From NCBI GenBank assembly GCA_041664605.1, contig JBAYKO010000003.1, forward strand, positions 6,858 to 70,857: a DNA stretch of 64,000 nucleotides, given 5' to 3'. Shown here piece by piece: positions 17,945-28,145 of the stretch (position 1 is its first letter; each line of letters starts with the position of its first letter). The notes beneath the pieces are model-generated. The model saw only the letters and a list, made by a program, of their open reading frames with translations, did no database searches and was not told where the DNA came from. The stretch is from Minisyncoccota bacterium. Lineage in GTDB: Bacteria > Patescibacteriota > Minisyncoccia > Phycocordibacterales > UBA9973. The position numbers and the translations under genes are program-made.

Positions 17945-18313
17945 ATGAAAAATAATATTAAAGAATCTAAAAAAAATCTTATAAAAATGGTAAAAGGTGT
18001 GCAGATGGACCAAACAATTGATGCCGTGCAAGGACTAGTTAAGGCATATGGTTTTAAAATAGCAGCTTCATTAATAAGAATGACTTTAGAAGCTACATAT
18101 GAAGTTGATCAGAAGAATGTAAAAGAGGAAAAAAGTAAAAATAGGAAAGAAATGATAACGGTAGAATTTAAAGATGGTAAAAAAAATATATGTATCGCCT
18201 CAGAAAGACGCCCAGGAGAAACGAAGAATCAACACGAAGAAAGGATCGAATTAATGAAAAAAATGATGATAGACGCTTCTATATCTAATAAATATGGTGG
18301 CCTTTGTATCTAG
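17945..18313 (+). CDS. hypothetical protein (122 aa)
   Basis: ORF only; overlaps the start of the prim-pol gene. Confidence 0.4.
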   Translation: MKNNIKESKKNLIKMVKGVQMDQTIDAVQGLVKAYGFKIAASLIRMTLEATYEVDQKNVKEEKSKNRKEMITVEFKDGKKNICIASERRPGETKNQHEERIELMKKMMIDASISNKYGGLCI

Positions 18314-20141
18314 AAAATACATGGAAAATAATATTACAAATAAAAAACTGGAAGCGGCGTTAAGATATACAGCAATGGGATGGGTTATTGTGCCAGCGAT
18401 AGGAAAACATCCTTGTGTGAAATGGAAAAAATTCCAGAAAGTTAAGCCAACCCAGGATCAAATAAAAGAATTCTGGACAAAGTTTCCTAATGCTAAAATA
18501 GCAGTCATTACCGGTCCACTGTCGAGTATTGTGGTATTCGATATTGACACGAAACATAATCGTAGGCCGGAAGAATTTGATTTACCTGCCACAGTATCGT
18601 CACGGACGACTAACGGTGGTTGGCATTACTTCTTCAAGCATCCAGGATATAAAGTTAGAAATAGTAATGGGACACTGTTTGGGCCAGGAATTGATATTAA
18701 GGGAGATTCCGGAATTGCCATATTACCTTCGTCAGATACTGGTCCAGACAAGGCGTATACATGGGCTGTAGAGTCTACTGGTGACAACATGGCACCGATG
18801 CCGAAATGGCTGGAAGATAGAATCTCGAGTGCCCAGAGTACTCCCACCCTGCCCGCTATGATTACTAGCAACGAGGTTGTACTTACTAATAAAATTGGAG
18901 AATCAAGCCTGAATGAAATACCGGAAGGGACTCGCAATGACAAGCTTACAAAGTTAACAGGCACACTATTAGCCAAGTTTAAGCCTAATGAGTGGAATTC
19001 TCTGGTGTGGCCTATTGTTACTTCTTTTAACACAGCCAACTGTAAACCACCATTGCCACTATCCGAAGTAAAAAGTATATTTGATTCTATTTCTGGATCC
19101 GAGATGTCAAAACCATCTATGGTTAATACTGGACCGATTGAAATTCTGACAGCAAAGGAACTCAAAGAACTACCATTCACGGATCCTAAATGGGTTGTTG
19201 ACGGCTTGTTCGAAGCCGGCACGGTAAATATGATTGGAGCCGCTTATAGTAACTTCAAAAGTATGATCAGTATGCATGTGGCGGATTGCTTGATTACCGG
19301 CAAACCTGTATTCAACAAGTTCGAAGTTGTTAAGCAGTCTGTATGGGTAATTAATGAGGAAGATCCTAAACGCCATGTACAGGAAAGAATGAATATCATA
19401 AATAGCGACTGGGGTGAGTTACCAATTTACTTCTCGATCAAAAAAGGATTAAAGCTGAGCGATGATATCGTCGGACAGATTATCGTACGAAGTAAAGCAC
19501 TCGGCATAGGTTTTGTAATTTTTGACTCGTTGAGGAGTGTGCATGACAAGGAGGAAAACGCTTCAGGGGAAATGCAGGCTGTAATGGATTGGCTCGGCAA
19601 GATCGCAGATGCAGGTATAACTGTCCTATTCACACACCATAATCGAAAGAGAAGCGGTTTTGGTAAGGCAAACGAGGGTGAAGAAGCACGAGGTAGTAGC
19701 GTTATAACCAATGCATCACATAGCTATATATCATCTAATGCAAAGAAAGAAAATGGCATGGACTATGCGATTATCATGCAACATAAACAAAAATCGGCGA
19801 AAAAATTAGATCCGTTTCGAATACGCATCAACCTACTACCTGACTGCGACAACGATGAACGCTTTATTTATGAGGGTGAAGAAATAAATAACAGCCTAGT
19901 TGTGTTAAAAGCAAAAATTATAGGAGCACTGGAATCATCCGAGAAATGGCTATTTATGAATGATTTCACAGCATTGAAGTTCGGTGGTAAAAAAACCATT
20001 AAAAAGGCCTTAGACGAATTAGTGTTGGAAGAAAGAATTGAATGTAAATTAGGTGAAGAAATTATTAGGGAGGAATTAGATGCATCAATTGCTGTGCCTC
20101 GCCCCAATGCCAAATTTTATTTTTTGGCCAATGAGGAATAG
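18294..20141 (+). CDS. mobile-element replication protein: bifunctional primase-polymerase (Prim-Pol) N-domain + RecA-like / AAA_25-type NTPase C-domain
   Basis: Prim-Pol motifs VVFDIDTKH and GGWHYFF. C-terminal domain shows a RepA/DnaB-like pattern (VIFDSLRSV.., LFTHHNRK). The Walker A appears degenerate (IGAAYSNFKS). Confidence 0.75.
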   Translation: MVAFVSRKYMENNITNKKLEAALRYTAMGWVIVPAIGKHPCVKWKKFQKVKPTQDQIKEFWTKFPNAKIAVITGPLSSIVVFDIDTKHNRRPEEFDLPATVSSRTTNGGWHYFFKHPGYKVRNSNGTLFGPGIDIKGDSGIAILPSSDTGPDKAYTWAVESTGDNMAPMPKWLEDRISSAQSTPTLPAMITSNEVVLTNKIGESSLNEIPEGTRNDKLTKLTGTLLAKFKPNEWNSLVWPIVTSFNTANCKPPLPLSEVKSIFDSISGSEMSKPSMVNTGPIEILTAKELKELPFTDPKWVVDGLFEAGTVNMIGAAYSNFKSMISMHVADCLITGKPVFNKFEVVKQSVWVINEEDPKRHVQERMNIINSDWGELPIYFSIKKGLKLSDDIVGQIIVRSKALGIGFVIFDSLRSVHDKEENASGEMQAVMDWLGKIADAGITVLFTHHNRKRSGFGKANEGEEARGSSVITNASHSYISSNAKKENGMDYAIIMQHKQKSAKKLDPFRIRINLLPDCDNDERFIYEGEEINNSLVVLKAKIIGALESSEKWLFMNDFTALKFGGKKTIKKALDELVLEERIECKLGEEIIREELDASIAVPRPNAKFYFLANEE

Positions 20142-20173
20142 GAGAGTAAAAAAACAACATCTTCTGCTTACAT

Positions 20174-20242
20174 GCTTGGTATTCTCTATAATAGAATACC
20201 AAGCACTAAGCAAAATGCGAGAAGATAGCTTGCTTGGTATTC
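20174..20242. promoter_or_regulatory. three copies of GCTTGGTATTC (an inverted pair forming a 12-bp hairpin with loop CTATAAT, plus a third direct copy) upstream of the recombinase gene
   Basis: Hairpin at 20174-20204 and third copy at 20232-20242. Candidate operator / promoter region or terminator of the prim-pol gene. Confidence 0.4.
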
Positions 20243-20258
20243 CTGTGTTTGACTAGGC

Positions 20259-21902
20259 ATGCAAAGCAATGTATTAACAGTAGTAAAAATTAAATTAAGT
20301 TGTATTATGAAAAATATGAAGACTGGAATTATATATACAAGAGTAAGTTCAGACGAACAGATCAAAGGTACCTCCCTCGGTGAACAGGAGGAATTTTGTC
20401 GTAAATATTGTGCCGAAAAGGATATAACCATAGTGCGTGAGGTATTCCGTGAAGAAGGAGCTTCTGCCAAGAGTACCGATCGGGCAGTGTTTTTGAGTGC
20501 TATTGAATACTGTCGAAAAAACAAGGTAGACTTTTTTGTCGTTTGGAAGTGTGATCGCTTTGCCAGAAATTCAACCGACCATTACGCAGTCAAAAGCACC
20601 TTATTAAAATACGGCACCCGGCTTGACTCTGTAACAGAGCAGATCGGAGACGATCCAACTGGTAAACTAATGGAGGGTATGATGGCTATTATTGGCGAAT
20701 TTGATAACGATATACGAAAACAGCGTTGCAGTGGCGGAATGCTTGGCAGACTGAAACAAGGAATATGGCCATGGAAACCACCTATTGGTTATATCTGTGA
20801 AAATAACAAAAAGCAGGACAGGAAGAAAGAACAGCCGGACCCGATTAACCCGGTTATATTTCCTATCATTCAGCGTGGCTTAAAAGAATTCGTGGCTGGA
20901 CAATACACCATGACGCAATTAGCAGAAGCATATAATCGCTATGGGCTTGTTGCTCCAAATGGTAAAAAAATAAACGCAAAATTAGTAGACAGATTGTTTA
21001 CACATCATCTGGCCTATTATGCTGGTATATTGAATAATCCATTTTTCCCCAAGAACGGCGAAGCTTCATATGAGGGTAAGCATACTCCCATGATCACCAA
21101 GGAAGAATACAGGGCGATCTTAATGATCCGAGCAGGTAAAAGGGTGCAGACAATGAAACGGAGTCGCCACAACCCAATATTTCCCCTCAAAGGTAGCGTA
21201 TTTTGCTCTAAATGCGACAAGAGGCTAACTGGAAGCTGTTCCCGTGGGAATGGCGGGGTTTATGCCTTCTACCACTGCTATAACGTCTCATGTGACCTCC
21301 GTGGCAAGACAGTCCAAAAGAAAATCATTGAAGACGCCTTTATTAAATTTCTGGAGTCTGTTACTCCTAATGAAAAGTTTTTAAAACTGTTCGAGGAGAT
21401 AGTCATACAGCACTGGACCAACAAAGGCCATGTATTCGAAGTACAGACTAATAAATATGCAAAAGAGATAGCCGAATTGAATCAAAAGAAAAAGAGGATC
21501 TATGAAATGAGAGAGGACGGCGAATACACCAAGGAACAATGCACAGATAGATTGAACGAAATAGAAGACAAAATAGTCGCATTGGATATTTCTTTAAACG
21601 AGGCAAAAATAGAGCAGTTTGATGTTGAAGCTACAGTGAAATATGCAGTAAGGACCATTACTGATTTACCAAAACTTTGGTTTGATCTTGCACCGGAATT
21701 ACGCCCACGGTTCCAAAAGATGGTATTTCCCGAGGGAGTTCTCTATTCCAAAGAAGAAAGTTTTCGAACCAACAAATTGGCTTATATCTACGAGCTAAAA
21801 AAGAAAAAAGGAGCTCAAAGAACTCCTTTTTTCAACATAGTGGACCCTAGCGGATTCGAACCGCTGACCTCCTCATTGCAAATGAGGCGCTCTACCAGCT
21901 AA
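20259..21902 (+). CDS. large serine recombinase (integrase)
   Basis: Resolvase catalytic region GIIYTRVSSDEQ. Recombinase domain and Cys-rich zinc-ribbon (CSKCDKR..CSRGNGGVYAFYHC). Spacing of the catalytic Ser suggests the true start is nearer 20307 (MKNMKTGIIY). The 3' end overlaps tRNA-Ala. Confidence 0.85.
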   Translation: MQSNVLTVVKIKLSCIMKNMKTGIIYTRVSSDEQIKGTSLGEQEEFCRKYCAEKDITIVREVFREEGASAKSTDRAVFLSAIEYCRKNKVDFFVVWKCDRFARNSTDHYAVKSTLLKYGTRLDSVTEQIGDDPTGKLMEGMMAIIGEFDNDIRKQRCSGGMLGRLKQGIWPWKPPIGYICENNKKQDRKKEQPDPINPVIFPIIQRGLKEFVAGQYTMTQLAEAYNRYGLVAPNGKKINAKLVDRLFTHHLAYYAGILNNPFFPKNGEASYEGKHTPMITKEEYRAILMIRAGKRVQTMKRSRHNPIFPLKGSVFCSKCDKRLTGSCSRGNGGVYAFYHCYNVSCDLRGKTVQKKIIEDAFIKFLESVTPNEKFLKLFEEIVIQHWTNKGHVFEVQTNKYAKEIAELNQKKKRIYEMREDGEYTKEQCTDRLNEIEDKIVALDISLNEAKIEQFDVEATVKYAVRTITDLPKLWFDLAPELRPRFQKMVFPEGVLYSKEESFRTNKLAYIYELKKKKGAQRTPFFNIVDPSGFEPLTSSLQMRRSTS

Positions 21903-21913
21903 GCTAAGGGCCC
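21841..21913 (-). tRNA. tRNA-Ala (anticodon UGC)
   Basis: Manual cloverleaf fold. Acceptor GGGCCCT/AGGGTCC with the Ala G3:U70 pair. Anticodon stem CCTCA/TGAGG with loop TTTGCAA. T-loop TTCGAAT. Length 73 nt with no encoded CCA. Confidence 0.9.
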
Positions 21914-21932
21914 ATTATATTATATTTTTACA

Positions 21933-21983
21933 AAATTGGGCTTTACTCCTGTTGCTTCCACGAAGCGCTACAACTAAGCTACA
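21933..21983 (-). pseudogene. tRNA-like 5' fragment (acceptor + D-arm only) in tandem upstream of tRNA-Ala
   Basis: GGGTCTGTAGCTTAGTTGTAGCGC resembles a tRNA 5' half (TAGCTTAG identical to the tRNA-Ala D-arm) but has no anticodon or T arm. Confidence 0.35.
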
Positions 21984-22087
21984 GACCCAGGAATAAGTTA
22001 AAAGTTTATAAAGTTCATAAAGTTATAAAGAAAATCCAAAATTCATAGACTTTTTATCTTATAAGCTTTACAGCTTTATATTTTAAC

Positions 22088-23080
22088 TTATTTTTTCTTT
22101 AAAGCAAGTGTAATGATGTGGTCTAAAAAATGAGACATATTACTACCCACAGATTCAAGTGCTTTTCTAAAAACTGAATGTTTGTGTAAATGTGGCAAAC
22201 TATCAACTTCAAGCACATATACCCCCTTCGGAGAAATCAAAAAATCTACACTTGAATAATGCTCTAGCCCTAATTCTTTGTGAATCTTTTTCGCAGAATC
22301 TTCTAGAAATTCTTTTTTATCTTTCTCGTGATATCCAAGATTTAATAAATCATAATTTCCCTCCGATCTTGAACCATAATCAAAAATTTTATTAACCTTT
22401 TTTATTTCATTAGGCAAAAGAGTATATTGATTTTCTCCTCTATAATTATCTATCACTCCAACCACAACTTCCCTGCCATTGATAAATTCTTCAATCAAAA
22501 TATCGCCTGGCGTCTGAGCTACTTTAAGTAAGGCAATATATAAATCGTAAAAATTATCTGCGTAATAAGTATCATAAGAAGCTCCACCTTGGGCCGGTTT
22601 TATTATCCATGGAGGTGGGATTTTTCTAAACACATTTTCTGCTATATCTTTAAAATAGCCCTCTTTCAAATCTTCATCGTCTTTTTTTCTGAAATCTTCA
22701 ATGACCTCATGCAATGGAGTTTTAAAACCTAAAGATTTAAAAACTTTTTTAGAAAGAATTTTATTAGAAGTAATATTAGAAGAAAGAGTGTTTGAACCAG
22801 TGTAAGGAATCTCAAGTTCATTAATTAAATTTAAAATTTCCCCATTTTCACCATAACCACCATGAAGAGCGTTAAAAATAACATCAACAGATTCTTTAAT
22901 TTCTTCAGGAGAAGTATCCATCCCGTCTATGTGCCAAACACCATTTTTTGTAATAAGTAAATCAACAGGATGATATTTATCATCTGGTAAATTTATCAAA
23001 ACATCAGCTCCGGTTTTAATAGAAGCCTCGAATTCCGGACTCTGTCCTCCACGCAAAACTCCAACTCTAATTTTATCCAT
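22088..23080 (-). CDS. ddl: ATP-grasp enzyme, D-alanine--D-alanine ligase family
   Basis: N-terminus RVGVLRGGQSPEFEASI matches the Ddl N-domain pattern; ATP-grasp core follows. Confidence 0.65.
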   Translation of the reverse strand: MDKIRVGVLRGGQSPEFEASIKTGADVLINLPDDKYHPVDLLITKNGVWHIDGMDTSPEEIKESVDVIFNALHGGYGENGEILNLINELEIPYTGSNTLSSNITSNKILSKKVFKSLGFKTPLHEVIEDFRKKDDEDLKEGYFKDIAENVFRKIPPPWIIKPAQGGASYDTYYADNFYDLYIALLKVAQTPGDILIEEFINGREVVVGVIDNYRGENQYTLLPNEIKKVNKIFDYGSRSEGNYDLLNLGYHEKDKKEFLEDSAKKIHKELGLEHYSSVDFLISPKGVYVLEVDSLPHLHKHSVFRKALESVGSNMSHFLDHIITLALKKK

Positions 23081-23107
23081 ATACTTCTATTGTATCGCAA
23101 GAAAAAA

Positions 23108-24442
23108 TTAAAATAAAGATTTTCTTCGTAAATTTCGGTGGTACGATATAGCGAAACGATGAGATTCACTGTTCACTAAAAGAATTTCTCTTTCTCTTTT
23201 AAAAACAAGACTCTTTTTGTCTAAAACTTCACTTCGTGAAGTTCGGCCGATCAATCCGCCTTTGGTGGATTGATTTAGGCCTAAAATATCTTTAGGTCTG
23301 TGACGTTCATCTTTAACCACAGAAACAACATCAATATCAAAACCTCTTTCTTTTAAAACTCTTTCAACTGCATTTTTTTGGGCTATTCCACCATCAACAA
23401 CAATCAAATTTGGGAGTGTCCATTCAAAATGCCCCAACCTCCTTAAAATGATTTCTTTAAGGCTTCCAGTATCATCCGGTCCCTTTATAGTTCTTATTTT
23501 AAATTTTCTATATTCATTTTTATCTACTTCTCCATTTAGAACCACTGTCATAACCCCTACCATATTATTCCCGCCCATATGAGCAATATCATATCCTTCA
23601 ATTCTAAAATTATTTTCTGTCTCTTCTTTTAAATTCTCCTCTTTTAAAAGCGATATATCTTGAATATGTTTTAAAGCAAAAATTTTTCTTTTTAATTCTC
23701 CAGCTTTTTCAAACTTTTGTAACTTAGCCAAAGATTTCATTTCTTTTTCAAGATTTTTCAAGATTTGTATTTTTTTGCCTTCAAAAAATAATTTAATATT
23801 TCGTATAGTCTTTTTATATTCTATTTTTATCTGACTACTTTTCATATCAGGAGTAAGACCTAGCTGTCTATAAAATTCATAATTATTTTTTGAATTAGAA
23901 TTTTTATCTATAAACGGAAAAATTCTACGAATAATTTTTAAAGCTTCTCGTAAAGAAGTTCCTGAAGTATATGACCCGTAGACAGATTGATATATTGAAT
24001 TTTTAAGGTCAGACCTTTTTAAATTCCCAAGGTCCGACCTTTTCCCGTCAATCAATTCCCTTCCGCGAATAACTAAAATTCTAGGGAAACCTGCTCCGCC
24101 AAGGCGGGGTGAATCTTTTGTTATACAGACATAATTAAAACTTTTATCGTCTTTTTCTTTGGTATTATATTTTGGCTTATATTTTTTTATTAAATTAGCT
24201 TCTAAAATTAAAGCCTCAAGTACTGAATCGGTTGTTTGCCATTTAATATCTTTTGACTTAAAAACCATGTCTAAAATAGTTGGACCCCTTGTTTCAATTA
24301 AGTCACTTGAAAAATAACTTTTTACACGATCCTTCAGAGATGTGGCTTTGCCAATGTATAGAATTTCCTTTTTTGATCCAAGGAAAAAATACACTCCGGG
24401 AGTGTCGGGAATCTTATGATTTTTTAAATCTTGACTAATCAT
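23108..24442 (-). CDS. uvrC: excinuclease ABC subunit C (short form: GIY-YIG + UvrB-interaction + RNaseH-like endonuclease domains, no HhH tail)
   Basis: GIY-YIG motif PGVYFF..ILYIGKATSLKDRVKSYF. Carries an in-frame GC-rich repeat insertion encoding GKRSDLGNLKRSDL. Confidence 0.85.
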   Translation of the reverse strand: MISQDLKNHKIPDTPGVYFFLGSKKEILYIGKATSLKDRVKSYFSSDLIETRGPTILDMVFKSKDIKWQTTDSVLEALILEANLIKKYKPKYNTKEKDDKSFNYVCITKDSPRLGGAGFPRILVIRGRELIDGKRSDLGNLKRSDLKNSIYQSVYGSYTSGTSLREALKIIRRIFPFIDKNSNSKNNYEFYRQLGLTPDMKSSQIKIEYKKTIRNIKLFFEGKKIQILKNLEKEMKSLAKLQKFEKAGELKRKIFALKHIQDISLLKEENLKEETENNFRIEGYDIAHMGGNNMVGVMTVVLNGEVDKNEYRKFKIRTIKGPDDTGSLKEIILRRLGHFEWTLPNLIVVDGGIAQKNAVERVLKERGFDIDVVSVVKDERHRPKDILGLNQSTKGGLIGRTSRSEVLDKKSLVFKREREILLVNSESHRFAISYHRNLRRKSLF

Positions 24443-24488
24443 GGCTATGATTATATGATAAAAGCAGAAAATTTCAAATTAGTTTTTT

Positions 24489-24635
24489 ATGGAAAGTAAA
24501 AAGTATCGTATAACTTTTAGAGAATTTTTCGGGATTAAAAAACCAACAGATCCAGGCCTTATAGCTGGAGTAATATATACTTTTTTAGTTGTTCTGTTCT
24601 TTACTGCCTTGATAATTTATGCCCACAGTTTTTAA
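24489..24635 (+). CDS. possible small membrane protein (48 aa)
   Basis: MESKKYRITFREFFGIKKPTDPGLIAGVIYTFLVVLFFTALIIY; one TM helix. Below the track cutoff. Confidence 0.3.
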   Translation: MESKKYRITFREFFGIKKPTDPGLIAGVIYTFLVVLFFTALIIYAHSF

Positions 24636-24646
24636 AAAATCCAATT

Positions 24647-24883
24647 ATGGATACTATACAAAATTCCTTAAATGAATTTTCAGAAGAAGAACTTAAGGAT
24701 ATGGATTATCTAATATGGGCAATAAATTCTTTTTGCAACAGAGAAGAGGGTGAGATAAATCATTTAGCCTTTGCTCTTCTGCAATCAGACATGTTGGCAA
24801 CGGTAGGAATAACTGAAAAAGTAAGAGTCTTTTCTTCTAGGGTTCATAAAAAATTAAAAAAATTTAGTTCTCTTGCACAATAA
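24647..24883 (+). CDS. hypothetical protein (78 aa)
   Basis: ORF followed directly by a terminator. Confidence 0.35.
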   Translation: MDTIQNSLNEFSEEELKDMDYLIWAINSFCNREEGEINHLAFALLQSDMLATVGITEKVRVFSSRVHKKLKKFSSLAQ

Positions 24884-24908
24884 AATCCGCCTCACTAGGC
24901 GGATTTTT
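24883..24908. terminator. bidirectional terminator AAAATCCGCC-tcacta-GGCGGATTTT
   Basis: Sits between the convergent 78-aa gene and uvrA. Confidence 0.65.
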
Positions 24909-27603
24909 ACTTTCTTAACACCTTCTTCAAGTATCTCCCAGTATAACTTTTGTCATTATTTGCAATTTCCTCTGGACTTCCTTTGGCTATTATTTTACCA
25001 CCACCTGTTCCACCTTCTGGTCCAAAGTCTAAAATGTAATCGGCATTTTTTATAATATCCATATTGTGTTCAATTAGCACAACCGTATTCCCTCTTCCAA
25101 CTAAACGCTCTAAAACATCAATTAAATTTTTCACATCATCATAATGAAGACCAATAGTTGGCTCATCTAAAAGATAAATTGTTTTTTCTAAAAACGGACG
25201 GTAAAGTTCTGAAGAAATTTTTACCCTTTGAGCCTCACCCCCAGAAAGTGTCGTTGCAGATTGTCCCAGTTTTACATAAGAAAGCCCAACATCCATTAAG
25301 GTTTTTAATCTATCATAAATTGCCGGAATATCTTCGAAAAATTTTATTGCTTCTTCAACAGTCATTTCTAGTATCTCAAAAATATTTTTTTTCTTATATC
25401 TAATTTTTAAAGTTTCTTTATCAAATCTTTTTCCACTACAAATATCACAAGTGACATAAACTGTCGGTAAGAAATGCATCTCAACAGCAATTTCTCCGTT
25501 TCCTTCACAAGCTTCACATCTGCCACCTTTAACATTAAAAGAAAACCTATTAGCTTTCCAGCCACGAAGACGCGCTTCTTCTGTTGTTGCAAAAAGATCA
25601 CGAATGAAAGTAAATGTCCCAGTATAAGTAGCGATATTTGATCTTGGGGTCCTGCCGATTGGTGATTGATCAATTAAAATAACACGAGAAATATATTCCA
25701 TTCCAGAAATTGAAGCACAGTTGAAAAAATTTTTATCTTTTAATCTTCGGTCAAGTTTGTTTTGTAAATTTTTATGTAAAATTTCATACATAAAAGAAGA
25801 TTTTCCAGAACCAGAAACGCCAGTAATAGCTACCATTTTCCCAAGTGGAATTTCAGCATTTAAATTATCAATATTAAATATTTTTCCTCCAACAATTTTT
25901 ATTGACCCTTTTTCAGCAGTTCTTCTCTTTTCTGGAATTTCAATTTTTTCTTCGCCTCGTAAATAAGCTAAAGTTCTTGAACCTGAATCATTTTTTTTGG
26001 CAGTTAAAAGTTTATCTAAATAATCAGCCACCACAACTTCCCCACCGTGAACTCCGGCTTTTGGACCAAGATCAACAATATAATCTGAAGAATAAATAGT
26101 ATCTTCATCGTGTTCGACTACAATGATTGTATTTCCTAAGTCGCGAAGATCTTCTAGAGTTTTAATTAATCTTTCATTATCTCTTTGATGAAGCCCAATT
26201 GTCGGCTCGTCTAGAATATATAAAGTTCCAACAAGTCTAGAGCCAAGTTGTGACGCAAGACGAATACGCTGAGCTTCTCCACCAGACAAGGTGTTTGCCC
26301 TTCTATTTAAAGACAAGTAATCAAGCCCAACATTTAACATAAATTGTAAACGGTTTTCAATTTCTTTTATAACCACATCCGAGATACTTTTTTCTTTTGG
26401 AGTAAGTTTTAAATTCTTAAAAAATTCTGCACATTCTTCTATAGAAAGTGCTGTAAGTTCTACAATATTTTTTTGCAATTTTTTATCAGGACCACCAACA
26501 AAAACACTCAAGGCTTCTTTTCTTAAACGCTTTCCGCCACACTCTTCACAAGGCTCATCTCCAAAAAAATCCTTTGTCCCAAGTCCATTACATTCCGGAC
26601 ACGCCCCATAAGGAGAATTAAATGAAAATAATCTAGGTTCTATCTCAGGATATGAAAATCCATCTTTAGGACAAGCAAATCGAGCAGAGAGCAAGACTTC
26701 TTCCTGCTCTTTGCGAAGTCCCGTACTAAGCTTTGCTTTAATACCGAGATTTGCCGGATTATTAGAAAAAGTTCCATCTCCAAAAATAATTTTTACTAAT
26801 CCGTCTGACTCTATTAAAGAAAGTTCTACTGCTTCAGATAATCTCATTTTTGCAGTATCAATATTATCTTTGAATTCATGTACAGCAAATTCATCCACTA
26901 AAACATCAATATCGTGTTTTTTGGTTTTTGATAAAACTACTTGTTCACGTAGGTTTTTCATCACACCGTCTAGTCTAATTCTAGAAAAACCTTTATTCAA
27001 AAAATCATAAAGCATTTGATAATATTCTCCTTTTCTCCCTCTTACAACTGGAGAAAAAATTTGAATTTTAAAATCATTCCATTCAACACCCATTAATTTT
27101 TTCTTACCCGCAGAACCTTTGCTGTATTCACCAACTTTTTCCATAATAAAATTTAAAATTTCTTCATTGGAAAGTTTTTTTATTTCATCGCCACAAATAA
27201 GACAATGTGGTTTACCAACACGAGCATAAAGCACACGAAGGTAGTCATAAATTTCCGTAATGGTTGCTACCGTCGAACGCGGATTATTTGAACGAGATTT
27301 TTGATCAATAGAAATTGCAGGTGAAAGCCCAGATATTTCATCAATATCTGGTTTTGGCATTTTATTTAAAAACTGCCTTGCGTAGGCTGAAAGTGACTCC
27401 ACATAGCGTCTTTGACCCTCAGCGAAGATAGTATCAAAAGCAAGAGATGATTTTCCAGAGCCAGAAAGACCAGTAAAAGCTATCATCTTGTTTCTTGGCA
27501 TCTCAACTGATATGTTTTTTAAGTTGTGAGTTCTAGCACCCTTAACTATCAATTTATCAGCTTCACCATTATTTAGTTTTTGTTTGTTTTCCTGATTCTT
27601 CAT
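24907..27603 (-). CDS. uvrA: excinuclease ABC subunit A
   Basis: Two ABC modules: [34 protein letters not shown] and GVSGSGKSS. Multiple zinc-finger cysteines. Length 898 aa. Confidence 0.95.
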   Translation of the reverse strand: MKNQENKQKLNNGEADKLIVKGARTHNLKNISVEMPRNKMIAFTGLSGSGKSSLAFDTIFAEGQRRYVESLSAYARQFLNKMPKPDIDEISGLSPAISIDQKSRSNNPRSTVATITEIYDYLRVLYARVGKPHCLICGDEIKKLSNEEILNFIMEKVGEYSKGSAGKKKLMGVEWNDFKIQIFSPVVRGRKGEYYQMLYDFLNKGFSRIRLDGVMKNLREQVVLSKTKKHDIDVLVDEFAVHEFKDNIDTAKMRLSEAVELSLIESDGLVKIIFGDGTFSNNPANLGIKAKLSTGLRKEQEEVLLSARFACPKDGFSYPEIEPRLFSFNSPYGACPECNGLGTKDFFGDEPCEECGGKRLRKEALSVFVGGPDKKLQKNIVELTALSIEECAEFFKNLKLTPKEKSISDVVIKEIENRLQFMLNVGLDYLSLNRRANTLSGGEAQRIRLASQLGSRLVGTLYILDEPTIGLHQRDNERLIKTLEDLRDLGNTIIVVEHDEDTIYSSDYIVDLGPKAGVHGGEVVVADYLDKLLTAKKNDSGSRTLAYLRGEEKIEIPEKRRTAEKGSIKIVGGKIFNIDNLNAEIPLGKMVAITGVSGSGKSSFMYEILHKNLQNKLDRRLKDKNFFNCASISGMEYISRVILIDQSPIGRTPRSNIATYTGTFTFIRDLFATTEEARLRGWKANRFSFNVKGGRCEACEGNGEIAVEMHFLPTVYVTCDICSGKRFDKETLKIRYKKKNIFEILEMTVEEAIKFFEDIPAIYDRLKTLMDVGLSYVKLGQSATTLSGGEAQRVKISSELYRPFLEKTIYLLDEPTIGLHYDDVKNLIDVLERLVGRGNTVVLIEHNMDIIKNADYILDFGPEGGTGGGKIIAKGSPEEIANNDKSYTGRYLKKVLRK

Positions 27604-27685
27604 AACACTAAAATTTACCCCAACAATCTCTTATAGGGGTACATACGATTATTTTATTGGTTCTATTATAGCACAAGAGTTACTG

Positions 27686-27713
27686 TTGACAAATTTTAAT
27701 AGTCTGATATACT
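27686..27713 (+). promoter_or_regulatory. sigma70 promoter TTGACA-N16-TATACT
   Basis: Near-consensus hexamers about 38 nt upstream of the 27751 gene. Confidence 0.5.
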
Positions 27714-27750
27714 TTAGCCAGAAAATATAAGTTATTTAAATTTTGATCTT

Positions 27751-28122
27751 ATGATTACATTACAAGAAACTGCCTTTATGATTGACCTTATTAATAGGTC
27801 GTATCACAGAAGAATGTCGCATTTTTATTTTTTAATCAAGCTTATAATTATTTCTTTTTTTGTCTGTGCCTTTTTATATCCAGAAACATCAAGTCTTATA
27901 AACGCGCCGATAAATTCATGGATTTTTTTATCGTCTGGTGTGATATGTGCCTTGTCTTGTCTTTTAATGCTTAGCATATATGCAAGCAAAGAATATCAGC
28001 CGTGGAATATCAAAAAACAACAAATGGCCGCATTAGAAAAAACCTCTGAAAAACAAAAAGAAAATGGGTTTGAAGATCTAAAAAACTGTGAACCTCTTAA
28101 AGAATACTTTAAAATGTCTTAA
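27751..28122 (+). CDS. small membrane protein (123 aa); paralog of the 36130-36516 gene
   Basis: Shares YHRRMSHFYFL..TM..TM..FEDLKNCEPLKEYF with the 36130 gene (YRRRMMSFYFF..FEDLKDSENLKEYF). Confidence 0.5.
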   Translation: MITLQETAFMIDLINRSYHRRMSHFYFLIKLIIISFFVCAFLYPETSSLINAPINSWIFLSSGVICALSCLLMLSIYASKEYQPWNIKKQQMAALEKTSEKQKENGFEDLKNCEPLKEYFKMS

Positions 28123-28145
28123 CCTTGATACCCTGAGCTACACAC

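Larger units (their letters stand above)
6045..21913. mobile_element. putative integrative element (~16 kb) at the 3' end of tRNA-Ala; left boundary uncertain (between ~4500 and ~6050)
   Basis: Serine recombinase abuts the tRNA 3' end. Cargo includes a Prim-Pol replication protein, an ArdC-N-like protein, an AbrB/SymE-like protein and the defence genes. GC content is visibly higher (~40-47% by eye) than the ~30% flanks. Confidence 0.5.

Noticed and set aside
18626-19222. 198-aa minus-strand ORF (plus other antisense ORFs at 18360-18557, 19170-19376, 19427-19711, 19868-20113)
   Set aside because: Fully embedded antisense to the well-supported prim-pol replication gene. No motifs; S/L-rich translation typical of antisense frames.
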